Shown: positions 51,941 through 61,961, counted from the stretch's first letter. The stretch is DNA of 64,000 nt from Sulfuricaulis sp. (GCF_049587675.1 NZ_JBAVEJ010000057.1:12-64011), one strand, 5' to 3'. The notes: generated by a model from the sequence alone, not told the origin. Translations and numbers: made by a program.

Positions 51941-53142
51941 GCTCGCGGCAAGACGCACAGTCAATTCAGCGGGAGCCTGCTAACATCACAATTCTGGGAG
52001 TACACGTCAAGTCCACAGGGTATCCTAACGTCACCTTCCGGATACGTGACCTGAAACAATCATCCCAGTTGCGGACGCGAGAAATCAATTTCCCGTTTCG
52101 CGCTGAGACATCGCACCATGAGAACCGTTCACGCGCATGGAAGCCGCTGCGATTACTGTGGACTGTCTTGCGGTTGACCTACGCACACCTGGGTATTTTC
52201 CTCGCGTACTTTTGGCATGGGCGCCCAAACAGGCTTTATATCCCCTATCCGTCTGTTCTCGTGCTTTTTTGTCTGTCACTGCTGCCGAAAGCCTGGCGAC
52301 CCACATATATAGTGGCGGACTGTTTCATATCCCTCTATGACACGGCTGTAACGGACAGAGGGCTGATCTCTTCCCGTTCCTGGGCGGCGCGCGCGCTGAA
52401 ATCCCTGGAGTCCCGCGCCTATCGAATCGCGGATGTTATTGTCGTTGATACGGATTTGAACGCCAGTTACTTCAGGGAAACCTTCAGGCTCACGCCATCC
52501 AAGGTGATAGCGCTGCCACTAAGTATCGACGAATCGGTCTTTCGACCATCCCCCTACCTGCCGAGCGGCGACTCGTGCAACGTACTGTTCATCGGCACCT
52601 TTGTGCCGTTGCAGGGGGCAGACGTTATCGCGCGGGCAGCTGTTATCCTGCGGGAGCGCCGCGACGTGCAGTTTCGATTCATCGGTTCCGGCCAAACGGC
52701 GGACGCCGTGGAGCGCATTTTCGCGGGTGGGCGGCCGGAGAACGTCGAGTGGATAACTCAGTGGGTGGACAGTGAGCGCCTCGCGGAAGAAATCCGAAAA
52801 GCTGATATTTGCTTGGGAATTTTCGGCACGGGCTCAAAGGCGCAACGCGTCTGGCCACTCAAGAACTATGCATATATGGCCATCGGGCGCGCCATAATCA
52901 CCGGGGACAGCCTGTTCAGCAGGCGCATGCTGCAAGAGTCGGATTTCGCGCCGTTCCTGACTGTGCCACACGGTGACCCCGCAGCGCTGGCCGCCGCTAT
53001 TGTCACTCTCGCGCAGGATCCTGAGCGAAGAAAAGACTACGCTAAAAACGCCCGCCTTTTCTACGACAGGAATTTATGCTCGCGCATTGCGCGTAAGCAG
53101 CTTGTCTCGCATCTGGTCTGCGCCTCCAGCGATGATTTATGA
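51937..53142 (+). CDS. GT4-family (GT-B) glycosyltransferase
   Basis: VLFIGTFVPLQGADVI, ADICLGIFG, PLKNYAYMAIGRAIIT. Confidence 0.85.
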   Translation: MSSRQDAQSIQREPANITILGVHVKSTGYPNVTFRIRDLKQSSQLRTREINFPFRAETSHHENRSRAWKPLRLLWTVLRLTYAHLGIFLAYFWHGRPNRLYIPYPSVLVLFCLSLLPKAWRPTYIVADCFISLYDTAVTDRGLISSRSWAARALKSLESRAYRIADVIVVDTDLNASYFRETFRLTPSKVIALPLSIDESVFRPSPYLPSGDSCNVLFIGTFVPLQGADVIARAAVILRERRDVQFRFIGSGQTADAVERIFAGGRPENVEWITQWVDSERLAEEIRKADICLGIFGTGSKAQRVWPLKNYAYMAIGRAIITGDSLFSRRMLQESDFAPFLTVPHGDPAALAAAIVTLAQDPERRKDYAKNARLFYDRNLCSRIARKQLVSHLVCASSDDL

Positions 53143-53289
53143 CCCTGCCTCAGCGCGAGTGAAGATCAACTTATCTGCAATGCGCTTCAAGCCCGGTCGT
53201 GCACCCTTCACTTGGTGCTCAGATACAGAAGAATCAGGCGCGAAGGGAAGCGACGTCGAAAAATCATTTCTGCTTCCAGGGTTGTGGCA

Positions 53290-54231
53290 ATGAAGTTCGC
53301 ATTCATACTGCTTAAACTGGCTATCACGGCTTCGCTGTGTTACTGGTTGTTCTCCAGCGTCGACACAAAGACGTTGCAGGTTAATTTGATGCAGCTCGGT
53401 GCGATTCCAATTTTAGCTGGGGTACTGCTTCATTTCGTGGTCTATTTGCTCGGCGCATTCCGCTGGTGGATGCTCCTGAGACACACACATACCGCCACAC
53501 CTTTCTACAAAGCGTTTCCCAGTTATTATCTCGGGGTGTTCTTCAACAACCTTTTACCGACAGGCCTCGGGGGCGACACCGTGCGCATTCTTCACCTGCG
53601 CGTACGTGGCATAAGCACGAAAGCGCTCGTGAGTTCGACTATCATGGATCGTGCTATCGGGTTATCGAGCGTGGCAATTTTGGGTTTATGCGGCGCACTT
53701 ATTTCCGAGGAGCTAGGCATCTCCAGCCACACAAAGTCGGTTCTGATTACGCTCTTCGCGGTCGGGCTGTTGAGCGTCGGCCTGATGTGGTCTAACCGCT
53801 GTGTCCAGTTTGTCGGGAACTTGGCACTGAAATACCGCCACACGCGAGTACGCGCATGGCTCCTGGATATTGTCCTTACCTGCTACTCCTACCGCACCAC
53901 GAAATCACGCATTGCGGTTGCCTATGCATTATCTGCCGTCGGACAAAGTTTGATTACTTTGGTCTATTATATACTTGGTCGCGGACTGGGCCTTGATATC
54001 TCGGTCGCCACTTATTTCGTCGCCATACCGGCCGTATTCCTGGCGGCGAGCGTGCCGGTTTCAATCGGCGGTCTTGGTATTAGAGAAGGTACGCTCGTCG
54101 GTATGTTGGTCGCCGCCGGCACAAACCTGCAACTCGCCATCAGCCTTTCCCTTGTGTACCTCCTGGTGCTGTGGCTATCCGCGTTGCCGGGCGCTCTCGT
54201 CCTGTTATTCGGCCGTACAAGAAAAAAATAA
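53290..54231 (+). CDS. Lysylphosphatidylglycerol-synthase-TM (UPF0104) flippase-like membrane protein
   Basis: YYLGVFFNNLLPTGLGGD, MDRAIG, VPVSIGGLGIRE, multi-TM. Confidence 0.85.
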   Translation: MKFAFILLKLAITASLCYWLFSSVDTKTLQVNLMQLGAIPILAGVLLHFVVYLLGAFRWWMLLRHTHTATPFYKAFPSYYLGVFFNNLLPTGLGGDTVRILHLRVRGISTKALVSSTIMDRAIGLSSVAILGLCGALISEELGISSHTKSVLITLFAVGLLSVGLMWSNRCVQFVGNLALKYRHTRVRAWLLDIVLTCYSYRTTKSRIAVAYALSAVGQSLITLVYYILGRGLGLDISVATYFVAIPAVFLAASVPVSIGGLGIREGTLVGMLVAAGTNLQLAISLSLVYLLVLWLSALPGALVLLFGRTRKK

Positions 54232-54345
54232 CACATAATTCCACCCTGCCACTGTTCCCAATGGAAGCCAAAATAATTGACGCGTTTATTACTGAACTGC
54301 CAATTCAGCCAATACACCTGCAGGCAGGTTGGCGTTGCTGGAAAA

Positions 54346-54591
54346 TCATGCAGCACTCAACACTTTGAGCGAATTCTGAAGCCTATCCGCCGGATAATAG
54401 AATCTGCTGAAGCTAGGGCATGCAAAACCCAGTAAATAGAAGTACCGGCAGTTCGTTTCATTCAGATAGGACCTGAACGCAGCATCATCAAGATACTCAC
54501 AGCGTCGAATCATACTAATACGGTTCGCATAAAAAGCGACAACCGATGGTTTAATGCTATATATGCAGGAACCTACTGGCACTATGTCCAC
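54346..54591 (-). pseudogene. Possible orphaned gene tail (81 codons)
   Basis: Open frame CIYSIKPSVVAFYANRIS…CRYFYLL…YYP with no RBS, directly behind the methyltransferase stop. Reads like a periplasmic C-terminal domain. Confidence 0.3.
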
Positions 54592-54604
54592 GATTTGACG
54601 CAGG

Positions 54605-55324
54605 CTATTTCCAGAGAAACAACAGCAAGTTGGAAGTCAGCCCCCATAATTTGATGCTGTCTACCTTAGCTTTGGCAGGACCTAATTCTAGGACAATACG
54701 ATGCAGGTCCGCTCGGCTGAGTAGATTCAGGTTCTCTTCCCGGGAGAAAAATTCTCTTCCGCTGTTACGCATCAAACACCTGAAATAGCGCTTCGGCAAC
54801 CAATGCACCAGAGGCAGAACCGTGTGGAATTCCACCGGAAACCATCGGTTCGGCGTAGTGATGCAGACACCGTGGCGGGCAACCCTGTAAAGCTCGGCCA
54901 CGAAACGTTTTTGGTTCTCCTCGCTGCCCACATGCTCCAAGACCGCACTTGAATGGACAAAATCAAATTCACTTTCGGCAAATGGCAGATGACAGCCGTT
55001 TGCCGAGACAAAGGTGACGCCCGGATAGAGGCCTTCCAAGAAACTTGCGTCAGTCACTCCAACCGCGGTGATCATGTCCTTGTAGGGGTACCACGCTTCC
55101 AGATAATTCGAGGATTCATAGCTACGGTCGCTGGTTACACCAACATCCAGCAAGGTCTTATGTCGATCGATGGACATAGTGTGCAGGAAGCGCCGAAACA
55201 TGCGTCGCCTCACTCTGGTTGCCACCCTGACGGCCAAAGAGTCAGCGGCTGCGACGTTGTACTGCGCATTAGGTTCTTGATTCAAGGGATCTCCGAACGC
55301 ATACGAACATGATAAAGACATCAC
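54605..55324 (-). CDS. Class I SAM-dependent methyltransferase
   Basis: LLDVG, LPFAESEFDFVHSSAVLEHVG, TTPNRWFPVEFHT. Confidence 0.85.
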   Translation of the reverse strand: MMSLSCSYAFGDPLNQEPNAQYNVAAADSLAVRVATRVRRRMFRRFLHTMSIDRHKTLLDVGVTSDRSYESSNYLEAWYPYKDMITAVGVTDASFLEGLYPGVTFVSANGCHLPFAESEFDFVHSSAVLEHVGSEENQKRFVAELYRVARHGVCITTPNRWFPVEFHTVLPLVHWLPKRYFRCLMRNSGREFFSREENLNLLSRADLHRIVLELGPAKAKVDSIKLWGLTSNLLLFLWK

Positions 55325-55330
55325 GCCCCT

Positions 55331-56500
55331 TCAGCGCGACCTCACTCCCAGGTCCAGAATGCTGGAGAGGAACCCACCCATGATGAACTGCACACCAAGT
55401 CCCAGCAGCGTAACGGAGGGGACAACCAAGCGCATCATCTCTCTGTAGTCGAGTACGCCAAATGACCTGGTTTCCCAAAACACAACGGCACTGACGACCC
55501 CTGCAACACCTATCACCAATAGCAGCAATCCCAAGATGACCGCTCGCTCCAGGGACATGATGCGCAAAAACCAACCGTATCGTGGACTTAAGGGCAAGAG
55601 CCTGGCCTTGGTGGCATATTGTTTGGCCAATAAAAAGAAGATCACGATCTGCGTGCCCACCAGAATTGCGCCCATTGCGATAATCAGCGTATGCACGTCG
55701 AAGATCACCGATCCCACTTGTAACGGTCCCGGCAAAACCAGGGCGTTGGCCAAAAGACCAAAAGCGATGAGGGCCAAACCGGGGTATAGAAACAACCAGC
55801 GCGGGCTATACATAAGAAGAAAGCGGAGATGGCGCCAACCGTCCCGCCAGCTTTGAAGGTGGGGGGGACGATTCCGCCCATCTGGTGATAGAGTCGTGGG
55901 TACCTCAGTAATTTTCAAATTAGCAAGTGTCGCCTTGACCACCATTTCCGAGGCGTATTCCATCCCCGTGGTTCGCAGATCGAGACACTCGACAGCCTCT
56001 TTGTTGAAACCGCGCAAGCCACAATGAAAATCCCCTATCTTGCTGGAGAAGAAGAGCCGACCGATAGCTGAGAGTATCGGATTGCCCAGATACCTGTGCA
56101 GCGGTGGCATGGCTCCCGGAAGGATTCCACCCTTGAAGCGATTTCCCATGACCAGATCGAAACCTTGGCGCAGTTTTTCGACAAATGGATCCAGATGCGA
56201 GAAATCGTAACTATCGTCGGCATCTCCCATGATCACATAGCGTCCTTGCGCAGCCGAGATCCCTCCCGTCAGCGCGGCGCCGTAGCCGCGCTCTTTGACA
56301 TCAACCAGCAGCGCTCCCAGCTTGCGCGCAATCTCTTGGCTACCGTCAGTGCTGCCATTGTCTGCGATAATTACCTCACCGGCCATGCCTGCACGGTAAA
56401 GATAGCTCTTAGCTTTTTTAATGCAGGCACTCAGCGTCTCGGCCTCGTTAAGACAAGGCATAACGATCGAGAGCTCTATCTCACCGGTGCGCAGACTCAT
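55331..56500 (-). CDS. GT2 polyprenol-phosphate glycosyltransferase with four C-terminal TMs
   Basis: IVMPCLNEA, ADNGSTDGS, GYGAAL, MGDADDSYDF, DFHCGLRGF, MEYASEM. Confidence 0.88.
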   Translation of the reverse strand: MSLRTGEIELSIVMPCLNEAETLSACIKKAKSYLYRAGMAGEVIIADNGSTDGSQEIARKLGALLVDVKERGYGAALTGGISAAQGRYVIMGDADDSYDFSHLDPFVEKLRQGFDLVMGNRFKGGILPGAMPPLHRYLGNPILSAIGRLFFSSKIGDFHCGLRGFNKEAVECLDLRTTGMEYASEMVVKATLANLKITEVPTTLSPDGRNRPPHLQSWRDGWRHLRFLLMYSPRWLFLYPGLALIAFGLLANALVLPGPLQVGSVIFDVHTLIIAMGAILVGTQIVIFFLLAKQYATKARLLPLSPRYGWFLRIMSLERAVILGLLLLVIGVAGVVSAVVFWETRSFGVLDYREMMRLVVPSVTLLGLGVQFIMGGFLSSILDLGVRSR

Positions 56501-56713
56501 TCCTGGTTCCTCTAACCATAAACCTTGACCAAGTAAAATATTTGACGTGTGGCAATAACACAGGCTATTTCAGCGCATACCAACCTCAACTCGTGTTATC
56601 AACGCCGTCATTCAACTCATGACATATACTTCGATAGTATAGCTACGCAAAAATACCTTATAACCGAACTCATAAAATACCCGCCTCCGGGTTACCCCTT
56701 ACTTAGAACCGTT

Positions 56714-58087
56714 ATGCAAACCTTACTTCGTGGTGTAAACCGACTGTTTAGATCCGTTGTACGCATACCTCGATACAGTTATGTCCTTGCCATCATTCTT
56801 CTTGTCGCCCTTGATCTGCGCATTCAGTCGGTAATCCATAGCGTCGTCGATACCCCGGTACGAGCCGATGCGCGCCAGTACGTCCTATACGCGCATAACT
56901 TGAAAAACTACGGCACCTACTCGCTTTCGGACACATTGTCCACGAATGGACAAGCAACCCCCAAGCCGGACGCAATACGTCCCCCATTTTATCCTTTCTT
57001 CCTCACACTATTCCTAGACCTGCAACCCACTGACGCAAACATCGCCGCGATTACCCGAGTCCAGGCGGTAATAAGCACGTTTACGGTATTGCTTGTTTTC
57101 TGGCTTGCGCGTCGCGTCCTTCCTCTACCGTTTGCGCTCGCTGCTTCGGCTTTCACAGCCATCAGTCCACATCTGGTCACAATGAATATTTATCTCTTAA
57201 GCGAGACCCTATTCTGTTTTTTACTCGTGCTCGCAATATATGCGCTAGCAAAAACGGCAGAGAGACAGAATCTTGTGGCTTCAGCATTGGCGGGACTGAC
57301 GCTCGGAGCCGCCGCACTTACGCATCTCATGCTGCTCTATTATGTATTGCCGCTCGCGGTTTTTCTGCTTTGCTTCTGGGGCTGGAAAACCGGATGGCGA
57401 AAGGCCGTTGTGCTTGTCTTGGGCTTCAGTCTCCTCTATGGGGCATGGATTGCGCGAAACATAAATACGCTTGGTGTTCCGGGTGATAATACCCAGATGT
57501 CGGTGACACTACGCATCGGAGCATATAACAACATGATGTACCAGAACGATCCACGGTCCTACGGTTTTCCATATAGATTCGACCCCCACTATGAGGAAAC
57601 TTCCAAGGATTTGCCTTCAGTGATATCAGCAGTAGTCAATGAGTTCAAGGAAGCTCCGATCCAGCAACTGCGCTGGTATATCCTCGGCAAACCACTGATG
57701 CTGTGGTCATGGAACATCATCGCTGGACAAGGCGACGTCTTTGTCTATCCAGTGAAGAGCACACCTTATAATTATCTGTTTCATTTCCGAGCGACACACG
57801 CGGTGATGTACGCCACTCACGGGATATTCGTCGTGCTGATGATAGGCGGTATCATTATTGCCTGGTTCCCGCCGGTTAAGTCTGGCTTCTCAAACGAAGC
57901 GGTCTTTATCGCGCGCGCCATTTCGGTTTTATTGCTGTATCATGCTGCAGTAATGATGATCGGCTTCCCGGAACCACGTTACGCGGTTCCGATGCGCCCA
58001 TTCTTGTATATCATGTCCATGATACCCATTGCCGTCGCGATAAGATGGATTTTAACCAAACGATCCGGTCTGTCCGGAACAAGCTGA
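56714..58087 (+). CDS. GT-C (family 39/ArnT-PMT-like) membrane glycosyltransferase
   Basis: First-loop DARQY, RPPFYPFFL, LLSETLFCFL, EPRYAVP, multi-TM. Start inferred (frame open from 56549). Confidence 0.8.
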   Translation: MQTLLRGVNRLFRSVVRIPRYSYVLAIILLVALDLRIQSVIHSVVDTPVRADARQYVLYAHNLKNYGTYSLSDTLSTNGQATPKPDAIRPPFYPFFLTLFLDLQPTDANIAAITRVQAVISTFTVLLVFWLARRVLPLPFALAASAFTAISPHLVTMNIYLLSETLFCFLLVLAIYALAKTAERQNLVASALAGLTLGAAALTHLMLLYYVLPLAVFLLCFWGWKTGWRKAVVLVLGFSLLYGAWIARNINTLGVPGDNTQMSVTLRIGAYNNMMYQNDPRSYGFPYRFDPHYEETSKDLPSVISAVVNEFKEAPIQQLRWYILGKPLMLWSWNIIAGQGDVFVYPVKSTPYNYLFHFRATHAVMYATHGIFVVLMIGGIIIAWFPPVKSGFSNEAVFIARAISVLLLYHAAVMMIGFPEPRYAVPMRPFLYIMSMIPIAVAIRWILTKRSGLSGTS

Positions 58088-58276
58088 ATCATGCGAACAG
58101 AAAACCCAAAATAACAATGAATTTTTGCCTCACCAGCCGTGCGAATTAAGCCATTAAATGGCACAATGCCCGCGGGTATGCTTGTTTCAGTCCGGGCTGA
58201 TGTTTAGAATTGCCCGCCTGATTCATCACCATATCGGTTGAGGCATGCTTCCCAGGCTCCTCGACACCATGACATC

Positions 58277-58352
58277 GGGGCGGTAGCTCAGCTGGGAGAG
58301 CGCTGCGTTCGCAATGCAGAGGTCGAGGGTTCGATCCCCTTCCGCTCCACCA
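58277..58352 (+). tRNA. tRNA-Ala(CGC)
   Basis: ggggcggtagctcagctgggagagcg-ctgcg-ttcgcaa-tgcag…ggttcgatccc…ccgctccacca. Confidence 0.95.
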
Positions 58353-58359
58353 ATCCCGC

Positions 58360-58387
58360 AAATGGCCGGAAATACCGGCCATTTTTT
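58360..58387 (+). terminator. Terminator after tRNA-Ala
   Basis: aaatggccgg-aaata-ccggccatttttt. Confidence 0.8.
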
Positions 58388-58524
58388 ATGCCAAGCAGTG
58401 CGCCGCCCGAGCGTGTCGCTCATGGCCTGGAGGACGCAGCTTGCTCCACTCGCACGGCCATTCCTGGCCGGGATGCGCGATGCGGCGGCGAATCCCTCCG
58501 GTCGCCCTGCTAGAATAGCGGCAC

Positions 58525-58600
58525 GCCCCGGTAGCTCAGTGGATAGAGCGGCCGCCTCCTAAGCGGCAGGTCGCCGGTTCAACTCCGGTCTGGGGCACCA
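58525..58600 (+). tRNA. tRNA-Arg(CCT)
   Basis: gccccggtagctcagtggatagagcg-gccgc-ctcctaa-gcggc…ggttcaactcc…ggggcacca. Confidence 0.95.
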
Positions 58601-58646
58601 GCTTCAATGATTGATGTATCTTCAACCTTCTCTTGGGGAGACCGGT

Positions 58647-59258
58647 TTGCTGGAAGCGGTAGATCTTGAATGCGTGCGCGGCGATCGGCCGCTGTTCAGC
58701 CATCTTTCCTTCCGTCTCAAACCGGGCGAGCTGATGCACGTCACCGGCGTCAACGGCAGCGGCAAGACCACTCTGTTACGCACGCTCTGTGGATTGACGC
58801 ACGCCGCCGCGGGTGAAGTTCGCTGGAACGGCTCGACCATTCAGGAGTTGGGCGACGACTATCGCAGCCAGCTCGCCTACGTCGGTCACAGTAACGGCAT
58901 CCAGGGCGAGCTGACGGCGGAGGAAAATCTGCGCGCCGCCGCCTGCCTCAGCGCCGCCACCGAAACGACGCGTATCCCGGAGACACTGGAGCGCGTTGGG
59001 CTCGCGCCGTACCGGCACTTCCCTTCCAAGGTTCTGTCGCAGGGCCAGAAGCGCCGCCTCGCGCTCACGCGGCTTGCGATCCTGCGGAAATCTTTATGGA
59101 TCCTGGACGAGCCCTTGAGCGCGCTTGACGTGAACTCGGTAGTCCTGATGACGGAAATCCTGATGGAGCATCTGGCCCGGGATGGGATGATCATCATGAC
59201 ATCGCACCAGGAAATCGGCGTCGAAACAAAAATCATGCTGCAGTTGAAGCTCGACTGA
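58647..59258 (+). CDS. ccmA: Heme ABC exporter ATP-binding protein
   Basis: GVNGSGKTTLLR, LSQGQKRR, LWILDEP. TTG start after GGGGAG. Confidence 0.93.
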   Translation: MLEAVDLECVRGDRPLFSHLSFRLKPGELMHVTGVNGSGKTTLLRTLCGLTHAAAGEVRWNGSTIQELGDDYRSQLAYVGHSNGIQGELTAEENLRAAACLSAATETTRIPETLERVGLAPYRHFPSKVLSQGQKRRLALTRLAILRKSLWILDEPLSALDVNSVVLMTEILMEHLARDGMIIMTSHQEIGVETKIMLQLKLD

Positions 59259-59259
59259 C

Positions 59260-59937
59260 ATGCCCGGTTTCCTGAAAGCCATTGGCTGTCTACTGCGGCG
59301 CGATCTGACCGTCGCGCTGCGCCGCAGCACCGACGTGCTCACGCCGCTGGTCTTTTTCATTATCGTCGTGAGCCTGTTTCCGCTCGGCCTCGGTCCCGAG
59401 CCCGCGGTACTACGGACGATCGCACCGGGTGTCATCTGGGTGGCGGCACTGCTCGCCACCATGCTCTCGCTTAACCGGCTGTTCGCCAACGATCACGCCG
59501 ACGGAACGCTCGAACAGATGGCGTTGTCACCCCACCCGCTCACCGTTCTGGTTTTGACCAAGGTCGCCGCCCACTGGATGCTGACCGGCCTGCCGCTGGT
59601 GCTGATCTCGCCACTGCTCGCGGTGCAGATGAACCTGCCGGAATCGGCCATGGGCACGCTTATCCTCTCACTGCTGCTCGGCACGCCGGTCCTGAGTCTG
59701 CTCGGTGCCGTCGGCGCGGCACTGACGCTCGGCCTGCGCGGCGGCGGCGTGCTGGTTTCGCTGCTGGTACTGCCGTTGTATACTCCGGTGTTGATTTTCG
59801 GCGCCGGTGCCGTCGCGGGCGTGATCGCCGGAATTGACACTGAGGCGCATTTTTCCTTACTGGCCGCTTTTCTCGTATTGGCCCTGACGTTGACACCCTG
59901 GGCCACCGCCGCGGCATTGCGCGTTTCCCTGGACTGA
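59260..59937 (+). CDS. ccmB: Heme exporter permease
   Basis: DHADGTLEQM, GLRGGGVLVSLLVLPLYTPVLIFG. Confidence 0.95.
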   Translation: MPGFLKAIGCLLRRDLTVALRRSTDVLTPLVFFIIVVSLFPLGLGPEPAVLRTIAPGVIWVAALLATMLSLNRLFANDHADGTLEQMALSPHPLTVLVLTKVAAHWMLTGLPLVLISPLLAVQMNLPESAMGTLILSLLLGTPVLSLLGAVGAALTLGLRGGGVLVSLLVLPLYTPVLIFGAGAVAGVIAGIDTEAHFSLLAAFLVLALTLTPWATAAALRVSLD

Positions 59938-59940
59938 ACC

Positions 59941-60678
59941 ATGCAATACATGCATAAGTACGCCTCACCCAAATTTTTCTACACCCTGGCAGGAAAACTG
60001 ACTCCGTGGATGGCGGCATTGACCGCTGTGCTGCTGGTCGCCGGCCTCTATCTCGGCCTTTTCGTGGCGCCCGCCGATTACCAGCAGGGTGAAAGCTACC
60101 GTATCATGTTCATCCACGTGCCGGCCGCGTGGATGTCCATGTTCATCTACGTGTGCATGGCCGGCGCCGGCGCCATCGCGCTGGTCTGGAACGTCAAGCT
60201 CTTCGAGATGTTCGCCGGCAATTGCGCGCCCGTCGGCGCCTCGTTTACCTTCCTCGCGCTGGTGACGGGTTCGCTGTGGGGAAAACCGATGTGGGGTGCG
60301 TGGTGGGCCTGGGACGCGCGCCTGACTTCGGAACTTATTCTGTTTTTCCTGTACATAGGTTACATGGCACTGGAAGCCAGCATTGACGATCCACGGCGTG
60401 CGGCGCGCGCCTCCGCGATCCTGGCACTGGTCGGTGTGGTCAACATTCCCGTCATCCACTTTTCCGTGGAATGGTGGAATACTCTGCATCAGCCGGCCTC
60501 GGTAACCAAAATGGGAACGCCCTCGATTCACCCGAGCATGCTCGCGCCCCTGCTGCTGATGTCCCTGGGCTTTACCTTCTATTTCTTTACGGTGGCGTTG
60601 ATGCGCATGCGCAATGAAATCCTGGAGCGGGAGCGGCATACGACCTGGGTAGCGCAACTGCTGGGGTCCAAATCATGA
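59941..60678 (+). CDS. ccmC: Heme exporter/holo-CcmE synthase
   Basis: IHVPAAW, WWD motif WGKPMWGAWWAWDARLTS, WWNTLHQ. Confidence 0.96.
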   Translation: MQYMHKYASPKFFYTLAGKLTPWMAALTAVLLVAGLYLGLFVAPADYQQGESYRIMFIHVPAAWMSMFIYVCMAGAGAIALVWNVKLFEMFAGNCAPVGASFTFLALVTGSLWGKPMWGAWWAWDARLTSELILFFLYIGYMALEASIDDPRRAARASAILALVGVVNIPVIHFSVEWWNTLHQPASVTKMGTPSIHPSMLAPLLLMSLGFTFYFFTVALMRMRNEILERERHTTWVAQLLGSKS

Positions 60679-60845
60679 ACTGGTCGGAGTTCATCCACAT
60701 GGGCGGTTACGGCTTTTATGTCTGGAGTTCCTATGGACTCGCCCTGCTGGTTCTGCTCCTGAACCTCTATTTACCGCTGCGCCGACGCAAGACGGTCCGA
60801 CGCCTGCTGCTCGAATTTCTGCGACTCAAGGAACAAACCCGATGA
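60675..60845 (+). CDS. ccmD: Heme exporter protein D (not in the ORF track)
   Basis: MNWSEFIHMGGYGFYVWSSYG…RRRKTVRR, with ATGA overlaps on both sides. Confidence 0.92.
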   Translation: MNWSEFIHMGGYGFYVWSSYGLALLVLLLNLYLPLRRRKTVRRLLLEFLRLKEQTR

Positions 60846-61300
60846 AGACAAGACACAAGCGCCTGGCGATCATTGTCACCGGCGTAGTTGGACTGACCGT
60901 TGCCGGTCTTTTCGTGTTGAATGCTTTCCGCAGCAACCTCGTATTCTTCTATTCCCCCACGGAGGTGCTGGAAGGCAAAGTCAGCATTCCCGCCGGCAAG
61001 ACCATCCGCATCGGCGGACTGGTGGAGAAAGGCTCCGTGCAGCGCTCTTCCGATGGCCTGAAGGTCGACTTCATCGTCACCGACCTCAACAAGAAGCTGC
61101 CGGTTCACTACGAAGGCATCCTGCCAGATCTGTTTCGTGAAGGTCAGGGTGTCGTGGCGCAGGGACGGCTGCAAACAGGCAACACCTTCATCGCCAGTGA
61201 AGTACTCGCCAAGCACGACGAAAAATACATGCCGCCGGAAGCCGCACAGGCGCTGAAGGGCGGAACCTTTGCGCCGGGCAGCGAGATCAAAAAGCCATGA
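60842..61300 (+). CDS. ccmE: Heme chaperone
   Basis: LVFFYSPTEV, LPDLFREGQGVV, EVLAKHDEKY (HxxxY). Confidence 0.96.
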   Translation: MKTRHKRLAIIVTGVVGLTVAGLFVLNAFRSNLVFFYSPTEVLEGKVSIPAGKTIRIGGLVEKGSVQRSSDGLKVDFIVTDLNKKLPVHYEGILPDLFREGQGVVAQGRLQTGNTFIASEVLAKHDEKYMPPEAAQALKGGTFAPGSEIKKP

Positions 61301-61818
61301 AGAAATATATCGTCCCTCTCATCATCTTCGTATCGCTGGGTCTGCTACTTGCCTACGGACTGAAACTCGACCCGCGTCGCATCCCCTCGCCGCTGATCGG
61401 CAAACCACTGCCCGCCTTTTCACTGACCACGGTCGCGGATCCCGCGCGCAAGGTAAGCCGTGACGATCTGCACGGGCGCGTCTACCTGCTGAGCGTCTGG
61501 GCCTCGTGGTGCGTGGCCTGCCGCGAGGAACATCCGCTCCTCAACGAACTCACCAGCCGCAAGGCCGTGACCATTATCGGACTCAATTACAAGGATACGC
61601 GCGAGGACGCGCTTCGATGGCTGGGAGCCCTGGGCAATCCTTACGAGCTGAGTCTGAGCGACCAAGATGGAAGACTCGGCATTGATCTCGGCGTCTACGG
61701 CGTGCCGGAAACCTTCGTGATCGACAAACAGGGCGTCATCCGTTACAAGCAGATCGGTCCGATGACGCCGGAAGTGTGGGAACAAAAGCTGGCACCGTTG
61801 ATCAAGGAACTTTCCTAG
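61297..61818 (+). CDS. ccmG: DsbE/CcmG thiol:disulfide oxidoreductase
   Basis: PSPLIGKP, WASWCVAC, GVYGVPETF. Confidence 0.93.
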   Translation: MKKYIVPLIIFVSLGLLLAYGLKLDPRRIPSPLIGKPLPAFSLTTVADPARKVSRDDLHGRVYLLSVWASWCVACREEHPLLNELTSRKAVTIIGLNYKDTREDALRWLGALGNPYELSLSDQDGRLGIDLGVYGVPETFVIDKQGVIRYKQIGPMTPEVWEQKLAPLIKELS

Positions 61819-61961
61819 TCGAACCCTCGTGGCGGTGCGTGTAATTGCGGGAGGTTTACCGACAAGCAGCTTTTGAGATCGTGCGCGAAGCGTTTGAGAC
61901 ATTCAATACTGGATCTCCACTTTCGCGGAGACAACAAGCCAACTGCCCAGTATGAACGGCG

